Notes under the pieces: generated by a model
What the model saw: the letters and a program-made list of their open reading frames with translations, nothing else
Database searches by the model: none
Told to the model about the DNA's origin: nothing
Part shown: positions 37,646-47,262 of the stretch, one piece after another
Layout: each line of letters opens with the position of its first letter
Numbering within the stretch: the first letter of the stretch is position 1
IMG/VR virus record: IMGVR_UViG_2718217795_000004
Direction: 5' to 3' (one strand)
Length of the DNA: 47,262 bases
Source: a virus
Taxonomy: Duplodnaviria > Heunggongvirae > Uroviricota > Caudoviricetes
Made by a program: the position numbers and the translations under genes

Positions 37646-38722
37646 TTACCCCCTGAAGCCCGGCGGAATTTCGTTATCCGGTTCAGAAATATGATTCACA
37701 CAACGCTGGTTGTTCGTGCCGCTTACCGGGAGCAGCCAGGGGTTTTCAAAATTCCGGTCCGGTCCAAAAAACGTCGTCGCTCGCTGAACAAATTCCGTTC
37801 CCGTTTTCCCGGTAGCCGCAAGGTATCTTGCGTAACGCCTCACGCCATCCAGCATGGCCTCTGGTGGCACCCCCTCGCGTAATCTGGCTTTCCAGGCACT
37901 GAAAGCGGATTTCTTCGGGTTTGCCCCGGCACGCAACGGGTATTCCCGCCAGACCTGTTCGAACACATCAGGATAATCCACTCGTCCCACAGGCTGCCCG
38001 GTGTTTTCCGGGACTACCCGATCGGCTTCCCGCTGAATGGCGGAATCGGCTTCAGGCTGCTGAAGTTGGTGTGATTGCTCCTGCCTTGCGGTCATCACCT
38101 GCTGCACAGCGCCCGAATCGGCTTTCAGCGCATACGCTGAATCGGCTTCCGGTGTCGTGCCTGCGGGCTGGCCAGGAGTGACGGTCTGAACATCCCCTGC
38201 CTGGTTCGTGGCGTTTTTTACGCCATGGACCATAGTGTTTTGATCTTCTTGATCTGTATCTTTATCTGTATCTTTATCTGTCGTGACTCGTCGTGACATG
38301 TGCGTGACATTTCGTGACTCGCCGTGACAATCGCCATTTTGTTCCCGCTTTCTTTCCCTCTCTCGCTGCGCCCTCTTGCGCTCTGCCGGAGATTTTGCGG
38401 TTTGCGAAATATTGCCGTTGTCCTCTTTCAGCACCTGGCGTTTTTCCCATCCAGTGATTAAATCACCATCAAGTACCCGCCCCTGCATCGTCTGCAAAAT
38501 TGAATCAATTACCTCTTCTGTCACGTCGAGCGCACTTGCCAAATCTTCTGTCGTGACATCAATGTGACCTCGCGTGACATTTCGTGACGCGCTCACCAGG
38601 AGGTGGATATACACTGCCATCACTGTTGCAATTGGCTGCCCTGACACCCTGGCAATTGTTCGCCACTTAGGGTCATTTGGCATGTCATGCCATAATCTGA
38701 GCCAGGCGTTAGCCATACTCAC
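37646..38722 (-). CDS. replication initiation protein (replisome-organiser N-domain, O-like)
   Basis: 358 aa; N-terminal MANAWLRLWHDMPNDPKWRTIA typical of phage replisome organisers; two clusters of CGTGACA iterons lie inside the gene. Confidence 0.7.
   Translation of the reverse strand: MSMANAWLRLWHDMPNDPKWRTIARVSGQPIATVMAVYIHLLVSASRNVTRGHIDVTTEDLASALDVTEEVIDSILQTMQGRVLDGDLITGWEKRQVLKEDNGNISQTAKSPAERKRAQRERERKREQNGDCHGESRNVTHMSRRVTTDKDTDKDTDQEDQNTMVHGVKNATNQAGDVQTVTPGQPAGTTPEADSAYALKADSGAVQQVMTARQEQSHQLQQPEADSAIQREADRVVPENTGQPVGRVDYPDVFEQVWREYPLRAGANPKKSAFSAWKARLREGVPPEAMLDGVRRYARYLAATGKTGTEFVQRATTFFGPDRNFENPWLLPVSGTNNQRCVNHISEPDNEIPPGFRG
38221..38600. repeat. putative origin iterons (two clusters of CGTGAC(A) repeats) inside the replication gene
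   Basis: 38281-38335: five ~10-bp-spaced copies of (t/c)CGTGAC; 38530-38600: four more copies; preceded by the tandem 12-mer tatctttatctg. Confidence 0.6.
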
Positions 38723-38787
38723 CTCTTCTGATACCGAATCTTTTTACTCACGAGTTGCCGGAAGCGATTCGATATGGCTATTGTCAG

Positions 38788-39213
38788 TCAATGTACTGCC
38801 ACAGCATTTCCTGCCGGGCCACCACGGTTCATCTGATTGAAACCGGCGATTGCCACTGCGACAAAATCATCAGCGTCTCTCACCAGTCGCTCCCGCGTCT
38901 CCACCAGCTCCCGAAAATAAGCTGAACTGTGGCTGCGCATTCTGGCCACCAGCAAAGGTGGCATTGCCTTTTCGATCGCTGGTAACAACGCCTGAATTTT
39001 TTCAACTGCATCAGGGGTGTCTTTCTCTACCCAGCGGAAAATTTTCTGGGTATTGCGAGCCAGGGCTTCCGGATGGCTGTCGTCATACAGTTCCGGGAAC
39101 GTCATTCCCAGCTCGAAATACGCTTTGGTAATTTTCGCAGCCGGTACTTTTTCGCCGTCCGGATGCGCCCAGGCATTCATCGCCATGCGGATGTGTTCAT
39201 GCTTGATTTTCAT
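38788..39213 (-). CDS. cII-position regulator (possibly YdaT-like)
   Basis: 141 aa from MKIKHEH; immediately downstream of the cro-like gene; assignment by position and recalled size only. Confidence 0.5.
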   Translation of the reverse strand: MKIKHEHIRMAMNAWAHPDGEKVPAAKITKAYFELGMTFPELYDDSHPEALARNTQKIFRWVEKDTPDAVEKIQALLPAIEKAMPPLLVARMRSHSSAYFRELVETRERLVRDADDFVAVAIAGFNQMNRGGPAGNAVAVH

Positions 39214-39439
39214 GAATCCCCCCTTGGTTAGAAGGCGGATTATGATCAGAACCGGGAATGACAACCGTCGGTATGTGTAACTCATATTTGAGCGCCCCGG
39301 CAGTGACTGCCTGAATTAGCAACGCCCATTTCCACGGAACCTCTTCCCCCCACATGCTGACTGTGGTTTTTGACGTTCCTAGAGCTGCGGCTGTTTTAAC
39401 AACTCCGCCAAAATAGCCTAATACTTCTGATTTTTTCAT
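39197..39439 (-). CDS. cro: Cro-like repressor (YdaS-like HTH)
   Basis: 80 aa from MKKSEVLGYFGG; HTH segment GVVKTAAALGTSKTTVSMW resembles lambda Cro [20 protein letters not shown]; divergent from the cI-like gene. Confidence 0.65.
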   Translation of the reverse strand: MKKSEVLGYFGGVVKTAAALGTSKTTVSMWGEEVPWKWALLIQAVTAGALKYELHIPTVVIPGSDHNPPSNQGGIHENQA

Positions 39440-39530
39440 GAGTCGCTCCATAAAACTGAACGTCAAAAGTTTAATAATCAAAACCAAAGAAAGTCAAGAA
39501 ACAAAACCATCTGTGTTTTAAAATCAAAAC
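39440..39530. promoter_or_regulatory. divergent cro/cI promoter-operator region
   Basis: 91-bp AT-rich intergenic region with TGTTTT-N6-AAAACA inverted repeat (GTGTTTTAAAATCAAAACAT) abutting the cI start and further CAAAAC repeats. Confidence 0.5.
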
Positions 39531-40169
39531 ATGAGCAAGCAAACTATATCTGAACGCATAACCCAACGTATGCATGCGCTAAACCTGAAAGGCAAAGACC
39601 TTGTCAATGGCACTGGCGCATCAAAAGGCTCCGTAAGTCAATGGATGAACGGTGGAGGAGCGCCGTCCTCGCGTTACATAAGTTCACTGGCAAAAATATT
39701 GAAAGTAAACGAAAATTGGCTTCTTAATGGAGGAGAGTTAAATACAGGTGATTCGCTTGATCTATCTTTACCGCCGATAAAAACGGTTCCGCTACTATCA
39801 CTTCAGCAGGCAGCAAGCTGGAGTGATTATATGAAAAATTCCTCAATAACCTCTTGTGTGCAGCTTGTCGGAGAAATCCCGGTCAATACCTTTGCAGTTG
39901 TTCTAGAGAGTGACAGTATGTCAACATCTGGTGGGGGAGTTTCCATCCCAAATGGTTCAACAGTTTTTGTTGATCCCGATCGAACCGTACAACCAGGAAA
40001 TATTGTCCTTGCCTTACCCAAAGGGACCACAACACCTGTCATTCGTAAACTGGAGATAGAAGGGCCGGATATTCTTTTAGTCCCCACGAATCCTCGCTAC
40101 CCTTCAATTATGCTGGATGATCTATCTTGCATATTGGGCGTATGCTTTAAAATTCAACAAGATATTTAA
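39531..40169 (+). CDS. cI: CI-like repressor (HTH_XRE plus S24 LexA-like peptidase domain)
   Basis: 212 aa; N-terminal HTH (LNLKGKDLVNGTGASKGSVSQWMNG); C-terminal Ser/Lys dyad context (VVLESDSM ... VIRKL). Confidence 0.85.
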   Translation: MSKQTISERITQRMHALNLKGKDLVNGTGASKGSVSQWMNGGGAPSSRYISSLAKILKVNENWLLNGGELNTGDSLDLSLPPIKTVPLLSLQQAASWSDYMKNSSITSCVQLVGEIPVNTFAVVLESDSMSTSGGGVSIPNGSTVFVDPDRTVQPGNIVLALPKGTTTPVIRKLEIEGPDILLVPTNPRYPSIMLDDLSCILGVCFKIQQDI

Positions 40170-40233
40170 CCAACCTCATCTATTTGATTAACTGTATGCC
40201 ATCGTGGTGATGGCTTAACAGCTGCCTGCTTAA

Positions 40234-40282
40234 AATGTTTTGATAAAAAAACATTGACCTGAAAAGTTCGTTTTTCTAAACT
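40234..40282 (+). promoter_or_regulatory. pL-like promoter with operator palindrome
   Basis: Perfect inverted repeat AATGTTTT-gataaa-AAAACATT (40234-40255) overlapping -35 TTGACC (40254-40259); 17-nt spacer; -10 TAAACT (40277-40282). Confidence 0.5.
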
Positions 40283-40461
40283 TCATTCATTCCCTCACCC
40301 CATCCTACAGAATGCAGGGCAATACTTCGAGTTACCAGGCAGTGGTCAGGGGTTAAGTAGCCAGCCCGAGGCGTAAGAACATGACGGCAGGGTTCAACTT
40401 TAATAACTATGCAGCAGGTTTTTGTTCCGCTACCCCAGCGTTAAGGGGAAATGAGGTCAGC

Positions 40462-40614
40462 ATGGATACTATCGATCTTGGCAACAACGAATCTCTGGTA
40501 TGTGGCGTGTTCCCCAACCAGGATGGAACGTTCACCGCCATGACTTATACCAAAAGCAAAACATTCAAAACTGAAACGGGCGCACGTCGCTGGCTTGCCA
40601 GAAATACTTGCTAA
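40462..40614 (+). CDS. small protein (50 aa), YdaF-like
   Basis: MDTIDLGNNESLVCGVFPNQDGTFTAMTYTKSKTFKTETGARRWLARNTC; small Rac early-left-region protein by position and size. Confidence 0.45.
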   Translation: MDTIDLGNNESLVCGVFPNQDGTFTAMTYTKSKTFKTETGARRWLARNTC

Positions 40615-41035
40615 TCCATTATTTAGATTAATTCAATATTCTCGCTGTAGGGGTATAGCAGAAACCACCAAAGCCCGGAGGTGGTGAAATAAAACCGGGC
40701 ACAATACGAAGGCGCATTTCCGGTATCCATAAAGAGTCGGTCTTGTCTGTTAAATTTAAATGGTGGGAGTGCGCCTCCGGTTGTAAATAACGACATTGCT
40801 GTGTGTAGTCCTGGCGTCATCAGTTTTTTTCTTGAAGTTCGGCTGATGTCCGCCCTTTTTAAAGTGAATTTTGTGATGCGGTGAATGCGGCTAAGCGCAC
40901 GCGGCACAGTTAAAAGTCATGTTAGTCCTTATTGGTTTGGGTGGGAAAGCCGACTGTAATTGTTAACTGGTTGCAGTCACCTGGAGGCACCAGGCACCGC
41001 ATCGACAAAGTTCATTTGTAAAAATGGAGATAATT

Positions 41036-41257
41036 ATGATTGCTCATCACTTTGGAACTGATGAAATACCACGTCAGTGTGTGACTCCTGGCGATTATGT
41101 TCTTCATGAAGGCCGGACATATATTGCCTCGGCAAACAATATTAAAAAGCGAAAACTTTATATTCGTAACCTGACCACAAAAACATGCATTACTGACCGC
41201 ATGATTAAAGTCTTCCTCGGTCGTGATGGTTTACCTGTAAAGGCGGAGTCATGGTGA
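41036..41257 (+). CDS. kilR: Kil-type cell-division inhibitor KilR
   Basis: 73 aa [26 protein letters not shown]...; size and position match Rac kilR (recalled). Confidence 0.65.
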   Translation: MIAHHFGTDEIPRQCVTPGDYVLHEGRTYIASANNIKKRKLYIRNLTTKTCITDRMIKVFLGRDGLPVKAESW

Positions 41258-41427
41258 TGACCAAGAAAATAAAATGTGCTTACCACCTTTGCAAAAAAGA
41301 CGTTGAAGAAAGCAAAGCTATTGAAAGAATGCTTCACTTCATGCACGGGACTTTATCAAAAGACGAACCGAGAAAATATTGCAGTGAAGCTTGTGCCGAA
41401 AAAGACCAGATGGCACACGAACTTTAA
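41257..41427 (+). CDS. ydaE: small zinc-finger protein YdaE-like (56 aa)
   Basis: Not in the ORF track; [14 protein letters not shown]...KYCSEACAEKDQMAHEL with Cys/His pairs; start overlaps the kilR stop (TGATGA). Confidence 0.55.
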   Translation: MTKKIKCAYHLCKKDVEESKAIERMLHFMHGTLSKDEPRKYCSEACAEKDQMAHEL

Positions 41428-41501
41428 TTAATTGACTATTCGAAACTGAATTTATGCCAGAAATGGCAGGGATTCGCTCAACCTTAATTAAGGAGAAAAA
41501 C

Positions 41502-41777
41502 ATGATTACCAATTATGAAACCACTGTTGTAACTACCGATGACATTGTTCATGAGGTGAATCTGGAAGGAAAGCGCATTGGCTACGTAATTAAAACAGAA
41601 AATAAAGAAACCCCATTCACTGTGGTTGATATCGATGGTCCATCAGGCAACGTAAAAACACTTGATGAAGGTGTCACAAAAATGAGCCTGGTTCACATCG
41701 GAAAGAATCTGCCCGCAGAAAAAAAAGCCGGATTTCTGGCAACTCTGATCGCAATGAAATTAAACGGTGAAATCTGA
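41502..41777 (+). CDS. racC: RacC-like protein (91 aa)
   Basis: ATG with AAGGAG SD; directly upstream of recE as in Rac. Confidence 0.6.
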   Translation: MITNYETTVVTTDDIVHEVNLEGKRIGYVIKTENKETPFTVVDIDGPSGNVKTLDEGVTKMSLVHIGKNLPAEKKAGFLATLIAMKLNGEI

Positions 41778-41876
41778 AAAAAAGAAAGCCTGCACTGTGT
41801 GCAGGCCTGAGTGAAGAACCTGGGACATTTATTCATCACTCGCAGTAATTTTAATCTGAGTTGAGGTTAAAAAACA

Positions 41877-44477
41877 ATGAGCACAAAACCACTCTTCCTT
41901 TTACGGAAAGCGAAAAAATCATCCGGTGAGCCTGACGTCGTCCTGTGGGCAAGCAACGATTTTGAATCGACCTGTGCCACTCTGGACTACCTGATCGTTA
42001 AGTCAGGTAAAAAACTGAGCAGCTATTTTAAAGCTGTTGCCACGAATTTTCCTGTCGTTAATGACCTGCCCGCTGAAGGTGAGATCGATTTTACCTGGAG
42101 TGAACGCTATCAACTCAGCAAAGACTCCATGACATGGGAACTAAAACCGGGAGCAGCACCAGACAACGCTCACTATCAAGGCAATACCAACGTCAACGGC
42201 GAAGACATGACTGAGATTGAGGAGAATATGCTACTCCCAATTTCTGGCCAGGAACTGCCCATTCGTTGGCTTGCTCAACACGGCAGCGAAAAACCGGTAA
42301 CGCACGTTTCACGCGACGGACTCCAGGCATTACACATTGCTCGGGCTGAAGAACTACCGGCTGTTACTGCCCTGGCTGTTTCCCACAAAACCAGCCTGCT
42401 CGACCCGCTGGAAATTCGCGATCTCCACAAACTGGTTCGTGACACTGACAAAGTTTTCCCTAATCCTGGTAATTCAAACCTGGGACTGATAACTGCTTTT
42501 TTCGAAGCATACCTGAACGCTGACTACACCGATCGAGGACTGCTGACAAAAGAGTGGATGAAGGGTAATCGTGTTTCACACATCACTCGCACGGCTTCCG
42601 GTGCTAATGCTGGCGGCGGAAACCTCACCGATCGCGGCGAAGGTTTCGTACACGATCTGACGTCACTGGCGCGCGACGTAGCCACTGGCGTACTGGCCCG
42701 TTCAATGGATCTGGACATCTATAACCTTCATCCGGCACACGCTAAACGCATTGAGGAAATTATCGCTGAAAATAAACCGCCCTTTTCTGTTTTCCGCGAC
42801 AAATTCATCACCATGCCTGGCGGGCTGGATTATTCCCGCGCCATCGTGGTTGCGTCCGTAAAAGAAGCACCAATTGGGATCGAGGTCATCCCCGCGCACG
42901 TCACTGAATATCTGAACAAAGTACTGACTGAAACCGATCATGCCAACCCTGATCCGGAAATCGTGGATATTGCCTGCGGTCGCTCCTCTGCCCCGATGCC
43001 GCAGCGAGTAACAGAAGAAGGAAAACAGGATGATGAAGAAAAACCGCAACCATCTGGAACAACGGCAGTTGAACAGGGAGAGGCTGAAACAATGGAACCG
43101 GACGCAACTGAACATCATCAGGACACGCAGCCGCTGGATGCTCAGTCACAGGTAAATTCTGTTGATGCGAAATATCAGGAACTGCGGGCAGAACTCCATG
43201 AAGCCCGGAAAAACATTCCATCAAAAAATCCTGTCGATGCCGATAAATTGCTTGCTGCATCACGTGGTGAATTTGTTGACGGAATTAGCGACCCGAACGA
43301 TCCGAAATGGGTAAAGGGGATCCAGACTCGCGATTGTGTGTACCAGAACCAGCCAGAAACGGAAAAAACCAGACCAGATATGAATCAACCTGAGCCAGTA
43401 GTGCAACAGGAACCGGAAATAGCCTGCAATGCCTGCGGCCAGACTGGCGGGGATAACTGCCCTGACTGTGGTGCGGTGATGGGCGACGCAACATACCAGG
43501 AAACATTCGATGAAGAGAGTCAGGTTGAAGCTAAGGAAAATGATCCGGAGGAAATGGAAGGCGCTGAACATCCGCACAATGAGAATGCTGGCAGCGATCC
43601 GCATCGCGATTGCAGTGATGAAACTGGCGAAGTCGCAGATCCCGTAATCGTAGAAGACATAGAGCCAGGTATTTATTACGGAATTTCGAATGAGAATTAC
43701 CACGCGGGTCCCGGTGTCAGTAAGTCTCAGCTCGATGACATTGCTGATACTCCGGCACTATATTTGTGGCGTAAAAATGCCCCCGTGGACACCACAAAGA
43801 CAAAAACGCTCGATTTAGGAACCGCTTTCCACTGCCGGGTACTTGAACCGGAAGAATTCAGTAACCGCTTTATCGTAGCACCTGAATTTAACCGCCGTAC
43901 AAACGCCGGAAAAGAAGAAGAGAAAGCGTTTCTGATGGAATGCGCAAGCACAGGAAAAACGGTTATCACTGCGGAAGAAGGCCGGAAAATTGAACTCATG
44001 TATCAAAGCGTTATGGCTTTGCCGCTGGGGCAATGGCTTGTTGAAAGCGCCGGACACGCTGAATCATCAATTTACTGGGAAGATCCTGAAACAGGAATTT
44101 TGTGTCGGTGCCGTCCGGACAAAATTATCCCTGAATTTCACTGGATCATGGACGTGAAAACTACGGCGGATATTCAACGATTCAAAACCGCTTATTACGA
44201 CTACCGCTATCACGTTCAGGATGCATTCTACAGTGACGGTTATGAAGCACAGTTTGGAGTGCAGCCAACTTTCGTTTTTCTGGTTGCCAGCACAACTATT
44301 GAATGCGGACGTTATCCGGTTGAAATTTTCATGATGGGCGAAGAAGCAAAACTGGCAGGTCAACAGGAATATCACCGCAATCTGCGAACCCTGTCTGACT
44401 GCCTGAATACCGATGAATGGCCAGCTATTAAGACATTATCACTGCCCCGCTGGGCTAAGGAATATGCAAATGACTAA
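41877..44477 (+). CDS. recE: exonuclease VIII RecE
   Basis: 866 aa, the size of Rac RecE; C-terminal nuclease-domain region; followed by an overlapping recT. Confidence 0.9.
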   Translation: MSTKPLFLLRKAKKSSGEPDVVLWASNDFESTCATLDYLIVKSGKKLSSYFKAVATNFPVVNDLPAEGEIDFTWSERYQLSKDSMTWELKPGAAPDNAHYQGNTNVNGEDMTEIEENMLLPISGQELPIRWLAQHGSEKPVTHVSRDGLQALHIARAEELPAVTALAVSHKTSLLDPLEIRDLHKLVRDTDKVFPNPGNSNLGLITAFFEAYLNADYTDRGLLTKEWMKGNRVSHITRTASGANAGGGNLTDRGEGFVHDLTSLARDVATGVLARSMDLDIYNLHPAHAKRIEEIIAENKPPFSVFRDKFITMPGGLDYSRAIVVASVKEAPIGIEVIPAHVTEYLNKVLTETDHANPDPEIVDIACGRSSAPMPQRVTEEGKQDDEEKPQPSGTTAVEQGEAETMEPDATEHHQDTQPLDAQSQVNSVDAKYQELRAELHEARKNIPSKNPVDADKLLAASRGEFVDGISDPNDPKWVKGIQTRDCVYQNQPETEKTRPDMNQPEPVVQQEPEIACNACGQTGGDNCPDCGAVMGDATYQETFDEESQVEAKENDPEEMEGAEHPHNENAGSDPHRDCSDETGEVADPVIVEDIEPGIYYGISNENYHAGPGVSKSQLDDIADTPALYLWRKNAPVDTTKTKTLDLGTAFHCRVLEPEEFSNRFIVAPEFNRRTNAGKEEEKAFLMECASTGKTVITAEEGRKIELMYQSVMALPLGQWLVESAGHAESSIYWEDPETGILCRCRPDKIIPEFHWIMDVKTTADIQRFKTAYYDYRYHVQDAFYSDGYEAQFGVQPTFVFLVASTTIECGRYPVEIFMMGEEAKLAGQQEYHRNLRTLSDCLNTDEWPAIKTLSLPRWAKEYAND

Positions 44478-45279
44478 GCAACCACCAATCGCAAAAGCCG
44501 ATCTGCAAAAAACTCAGGGAAACCGTGCACCAGCAGCAGTTAAAAATAGCGACGTGATTAGTTTTATTAACCAGCCATCAATGAAAGAGCAACTGGCAGC
44601 AGCTCTTCCACGCCATATGACGGCTGAACGTATGATCCGTATCGCCACCACAGAAATTCGTAAAGTTCCGGCGTTAGGAAACTGTGACACTATGAGTTTT
44701 GTCAGTGCGATCGTACAGTGTTCACAGCTCGGACTTGAGCCAGGTAGCGCCCTCGGTCATGCATATTTACTGCCTTTTGGTAATAAAAACGAAAAGAGCG
44801 GTAAAAAGAACGTTCAGCTAATCATTGGCTATCGCGGCATGATTGATCTGGCTCGCCGTTCTGGTCAAATCGCCAGCCTGTCAGCCCGTGTTGTCCGTGA
44901 AGGTGACGAGTTTAGCTTCGAATTTGGCCTTGATGAAAAGTTAATACACCGCCCGGGAGAAAACGAAGATGCCCCGGTTACCCACGTCTATGCTGTCGCA
45001 AGACTGAAAGACGGAGGTACTCAGTTTGAAGTTATGACGCGCAAACAGATTGAGCTGGTGCGCAGCCTGAGTAAAGCTGGTAATAACGGGCCGTGGGTAA
45101 CTCACTGGGAAGAAATGGCAAAGAAAACGGCTATTCGTCGCCTGTTCAAATATCTGCCCGTATCAATTGAGATCCAGCGTGCAGTATCAATGGATGAAAA
45201 GGAACCACTGACAATCGATCCTGCAGATTCCTCTGTATTAACCGGGGAATACAGTGTAATCGATAATTCAGAGGAATAA
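44470..45279 (+). CDS. recT: recombinase RecT
   Basis: 269 aa from [16 protein letters not shown], matching Rac RecT from recall; start overlaps the recE stop. Confidence 0.9.
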   Translation: MTKQPPIAKADLQKTQGNRAPAAVKNSDVISFINQPSMKEQLAAALPRHMTAERMIRIATTEIRKVPALGNCDTMSFVSAIVQCSQLGLEPGSALGHAYLLPFGNKNEKSGKKNVQLIIGYRGMIDLARRSGQIASLSARVVREGDEFSFEFGLDEKLIHRPGENEDAPVTHVYAVARLKDGGTQFEVMTRKQIELVRSLSKAGNNGPWVTHWEEMAKKTAIRRLFKYLPVSIEIQRAVSMDEKEPLTIDPADSSVLTGEYSVIDNSEE

Positions 45280-45334
45280 TTCAGCCTGGCGGTGTAATAC
45301 ACCGCCAACTTGAAATATTTTTATGAGAAAAATT

Positions 45335-45529
45335 ATGAGATATGACAATGTTAAACCATGTCCATTTTGTGGTTGTCCATCAGTAACGGTGAAAGCCATT
45401 TCAGGATATTACCGAGCGAAGTGTAACGGATGCGAATCCCGAACCGGTTATGGTGGAAGTGAAAAAGAAGCACTCGAAAGATGGAATAAACGAACCACTG
45501 GAAATAATAATGGAGGTGTTCATGTATAA
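45335..45529 (+). CDS. ralR: RalR (Lar) restriction-alleviation / type I toxin DNase
   Basis: 64 aa MRYDNVKPCPFCGCPSVTVKAISGYYRAKCNGCESRTGYGGSEKEALERWNKR..., matching Rac RalR from recall. Confidence 0.8.
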   Translation: MRYDNVKPCPFCGCPSVTVKAISGYYRAKCNGCESRTGYGGSEKEALERWNKRTTGNNNGGVHV

Positions 45530-45731
45530 AATTACCGCCACTATTGAAAAGGAAGGTGGCACTCCTACTAACTGGACAAGATATTCAAAATCTAAACTAA
45601 CGAAATCAGAATGCGAAAAAATGCTCTCAGGTAAAAAAGAAGCAGGCGTTTCCAGAGAGCAGAAAGTAAAACTGATAAATTTTAATTGCGAGAAACTTCA
45701 GTCCTCGAGAATTGCATTGTATTCAAATTAA
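45522..45731 (+). CDS. ydaC: YdaC-like small protein (69 aa)
   Basis: ATG overlaps the ralR stop; size and position as in Rac. Confidence 0.6.
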   Translation: MYKITATIEKEGGTPTNWTRYSKSKLTKSECEKMLSGKKEAGVSREQKVKLINFNCEKLQSSRIALYSN

Positions 45732-45809
45732 AACTTCATAGCTGATTATTAATAATCAACATCGGGCGTCAATTTCAGTCTAACATTGGCGCCTGCCAGA
45801 GGTGATGCG

Positions 45810-46025
45810 ATGGCACAAGTAATCTTTAATGAAGAGTGGATGGTTGAATACGGCCTGATGCTTCGCACTGGTCTGGGGGCCAGACAAATTGAAGCATACC
45901 GCCAGAACTGTTGGGTGGAGGGCTTCCACTTCAAACGAGTATCTCCTTTAGGTAAGCCAGACAGCAAACGAGGGATTATCTGGTACAACTATCCAAAGAT
46001 AAATCAGTTTATCAAAGACTCATGA
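45810..46025 (+). CDS. xis: excisionase (Xis-like)
   Basis: 71 aa from [10 protein letters not shown] with GAGGTGA SD; ends 1 nt before the integrase start. Confidence 0.75.
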   Translation: MAQVIFNEEWMVEYGLMLRTGLGARQIEAYRQNCWVEGFHFKRVSPLGKPDSKRGIIWYNYPKINQFIKDS

Positions 46026-46026
46026 T

Positions 46027-47262
46027 ATGTCTAAATTACCAACAGGTGTCGAGATTAGAGGTAGATACATTCGCATCTGGTTCATGTTTCGAGGAAAACG
46101 ATGTCGGGAAACATTAAAAGGCTGGGAGATTACAAACAGTAATATTAAAAAGGCCGGAAATTTAAGAGCACTGATAGTTCATGAAATAAACTCCGGTGAA
46201 TTTGAGTATTTAAGACGTTTTCCCCAGTCCAGCACTGGGGCAAAAATGGTGACAACGAGAGTCATAAAAACGTTCGGGGAGCTTTGTGATATCTGGACAA
46301 AAATTAAAGAGACAGAGTTAACAACAAACACAATGAAGAAAACGAAATCACAATTAAAAACACTCAGAATAATAATTTGTGAAAGTACCCTGATATCACA
46401 TATTCGTTATAGCGATATCTTAAACTACCGGAATGAACTGCTGCATGGAGAAACGCTTTACCTGGATAATCCAAGATCCAACAAAAAAGGAAGAACCGTG
46501 CGCACAGTTGATAACTATATCGCCCTGCTCTGTTCGCTGTTACGTTTTGCGTATCAGTCGGGATTTATATCAACCAAACCATTTGAAGGAGTAAAAAAAT
46601 TACAGCGAAACAGAATAAAGCCTGATCCGTTATCTAAAACAGAATTCAATGCATTAATGGAAAGTGAAAAAGGACAAAGCCAGAACATGTGGAAATTTGC
46701 AGTTTACTCAGGACTTCGTCACGGGGAACTGGCAGCTCTGGCGTGGGAGGACGTGGATCTCACAAAGGGAATAGTGAATGTCAGAAGAAACCTGACGATA
46801 CTTGATATGTTCGGTCCCCCAAAAACAAATGCCGGGATCCGGACAGTAACACTACTGCAGCCTGCTCTTGAAGCACTGAAGGAGCAATACAAACTGACCG
46901 GGCATCATCGCAAAAGCGAAATCACCTTTTATCATCGGGAGTACGGCAGAACCGAAAAGCAAAAACTGCATTTTGTTTTCATGCCCAGGGTGTGTAACGG
47001 AAAACAAAAACCTTATTACTCGGTAAGCAGTTTGGGGGCAAGGTGGAATGCAGCAGTAAAACGTGCTGGTATTCGCCGCCGTAATCCGTACCATACGCGG
47101 CATACTTTTGCCTGCTGGCTGTTGACGGCAGGAGCGAACCCGGCATTTATAGCCAGCCAAATGGGGCATGAAACTGCGCAGATGGTGTATGAAATTTACG
47201 GTATGTGGATTGATGACATGAACGACGAACAGATAGCCATGTTGAATGCGCGGTTATCATAG
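46027..47262 (+). CDS. int: tyrosine integrase (Rac IntR-like)
   Basis: 411 aa; C-terminal catalytic region with conserved R...HTRHT...Y context (NPYHTRHTFACWLL ... EIYGMW); ends at the window edge. Confidence 0.9.
   Translation: MSKLPTGVEIRGRYIRIWFMFRGKRCRETLKGWEITNSNIKKAGNLRALIVHEINSGEFEYLRRFPQSSTGAKMVTTRVIKTFGELCDIWTKIKETELTTNTMKKTKSQLKTLRIIICESTLISHIRYSDILNYRNELLHGETLYLDNPRSNKKGRTVRTVDNYIALLCSLLRFAYQSGFISTKPFEGVKKLQRNRIKPDPLSKTEFNALMESEKGQSQNMWKFAVYSGLRHGELAALAWEDVDLTKGIVNVRRNLTILDMFGPPKTNAGIRTVTLLQPALEALKEQYKLTGHHRKSEITFYHREYGRTEKQKLHFVFMPRVCNGKQKPYYSVSSLGARWNAAVKRAGIRRRNPYHTRHTFACWLLTAGANPAFIASQMGHETAQMVYEIYGMWIDDMNDEQIAMLNARLS

Noticed and set aside
38221-38340. Short direct repeats that might be mistaken for a CRISPR array
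   Set aside because: Repeats are only about 7-10 bp, irregular, lie inside a coding sequence and have no spacers of uniform length; better explained as replication-origin iterons.
40623-40907. 94-aa minus-strand ORF
   Set aside because: GTG start without SD; Arg/Ser/Thr-rich translation with no domain-like features; opposite to all neighbouring early-left genes.
42524-44375. Several 60-147-aa minus-strand ORFs
   Set aside because: All antisense within recE, whose size and sequence match the known 866-aa exonuclease VIII.
47250-47262. Attachment site (attL/attR) at the window edges
   Set aside because: The integrase ends exactly at the window edge and no core repeat can be identified without the flanking sequence; not reported as a feature.

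Overview
The window is almost entirely one lambdoid prophage, read here as the reverse complement of the canonical lambda map. From left to right it contains: a tail-fibre region (1-3705); lom and a lambda-like tail module J, I, K, L, M, H and G/T with a -1 frameshift site (3764-14462); a tail tube, head-tail joining and HK97/SPP1-like head module (14511-21880); terminase (21883-24259); a ParB-like plus GT-A-like gene pair and the potassium transporter trkG (24450-27776); an S21/R21-type lysis cassette with Rz/Rz1 (27896-29798); an AT-rich moron region and a tRNA cluster (Ile2, a degenerate tRNA-like element, Arg-UCU) downstream of a Q-dependent late promoter and terminator (30106-32192); Q, rusA, a DUF968-like gene and a hok-type toxin (32198-35346); small nin-like genes, a replication initiator with internal iterons, and a cro/cI-type immunity switch (36070-40169); and a Rac-type early-left region kilR, ydaE, racC, recE, recT, ralR, ydaC, xis, int (40462-47262). 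The integrase ends at the window edge, so the attachment site lies beyond it. All homology statements are from reading the translated ORFs and recalling known families; no database search was run. The most interesting unexplained loci are the ParB-like/GT-A-like pair next to the terminase, a translationally coupled trio of small proteins (two strongly acidic), the hok locus with neighbouring small membrane peptides, the moron region at the Stx-equivalent position, and an orphan intramolecular-chaperone fibre gene at the left end.
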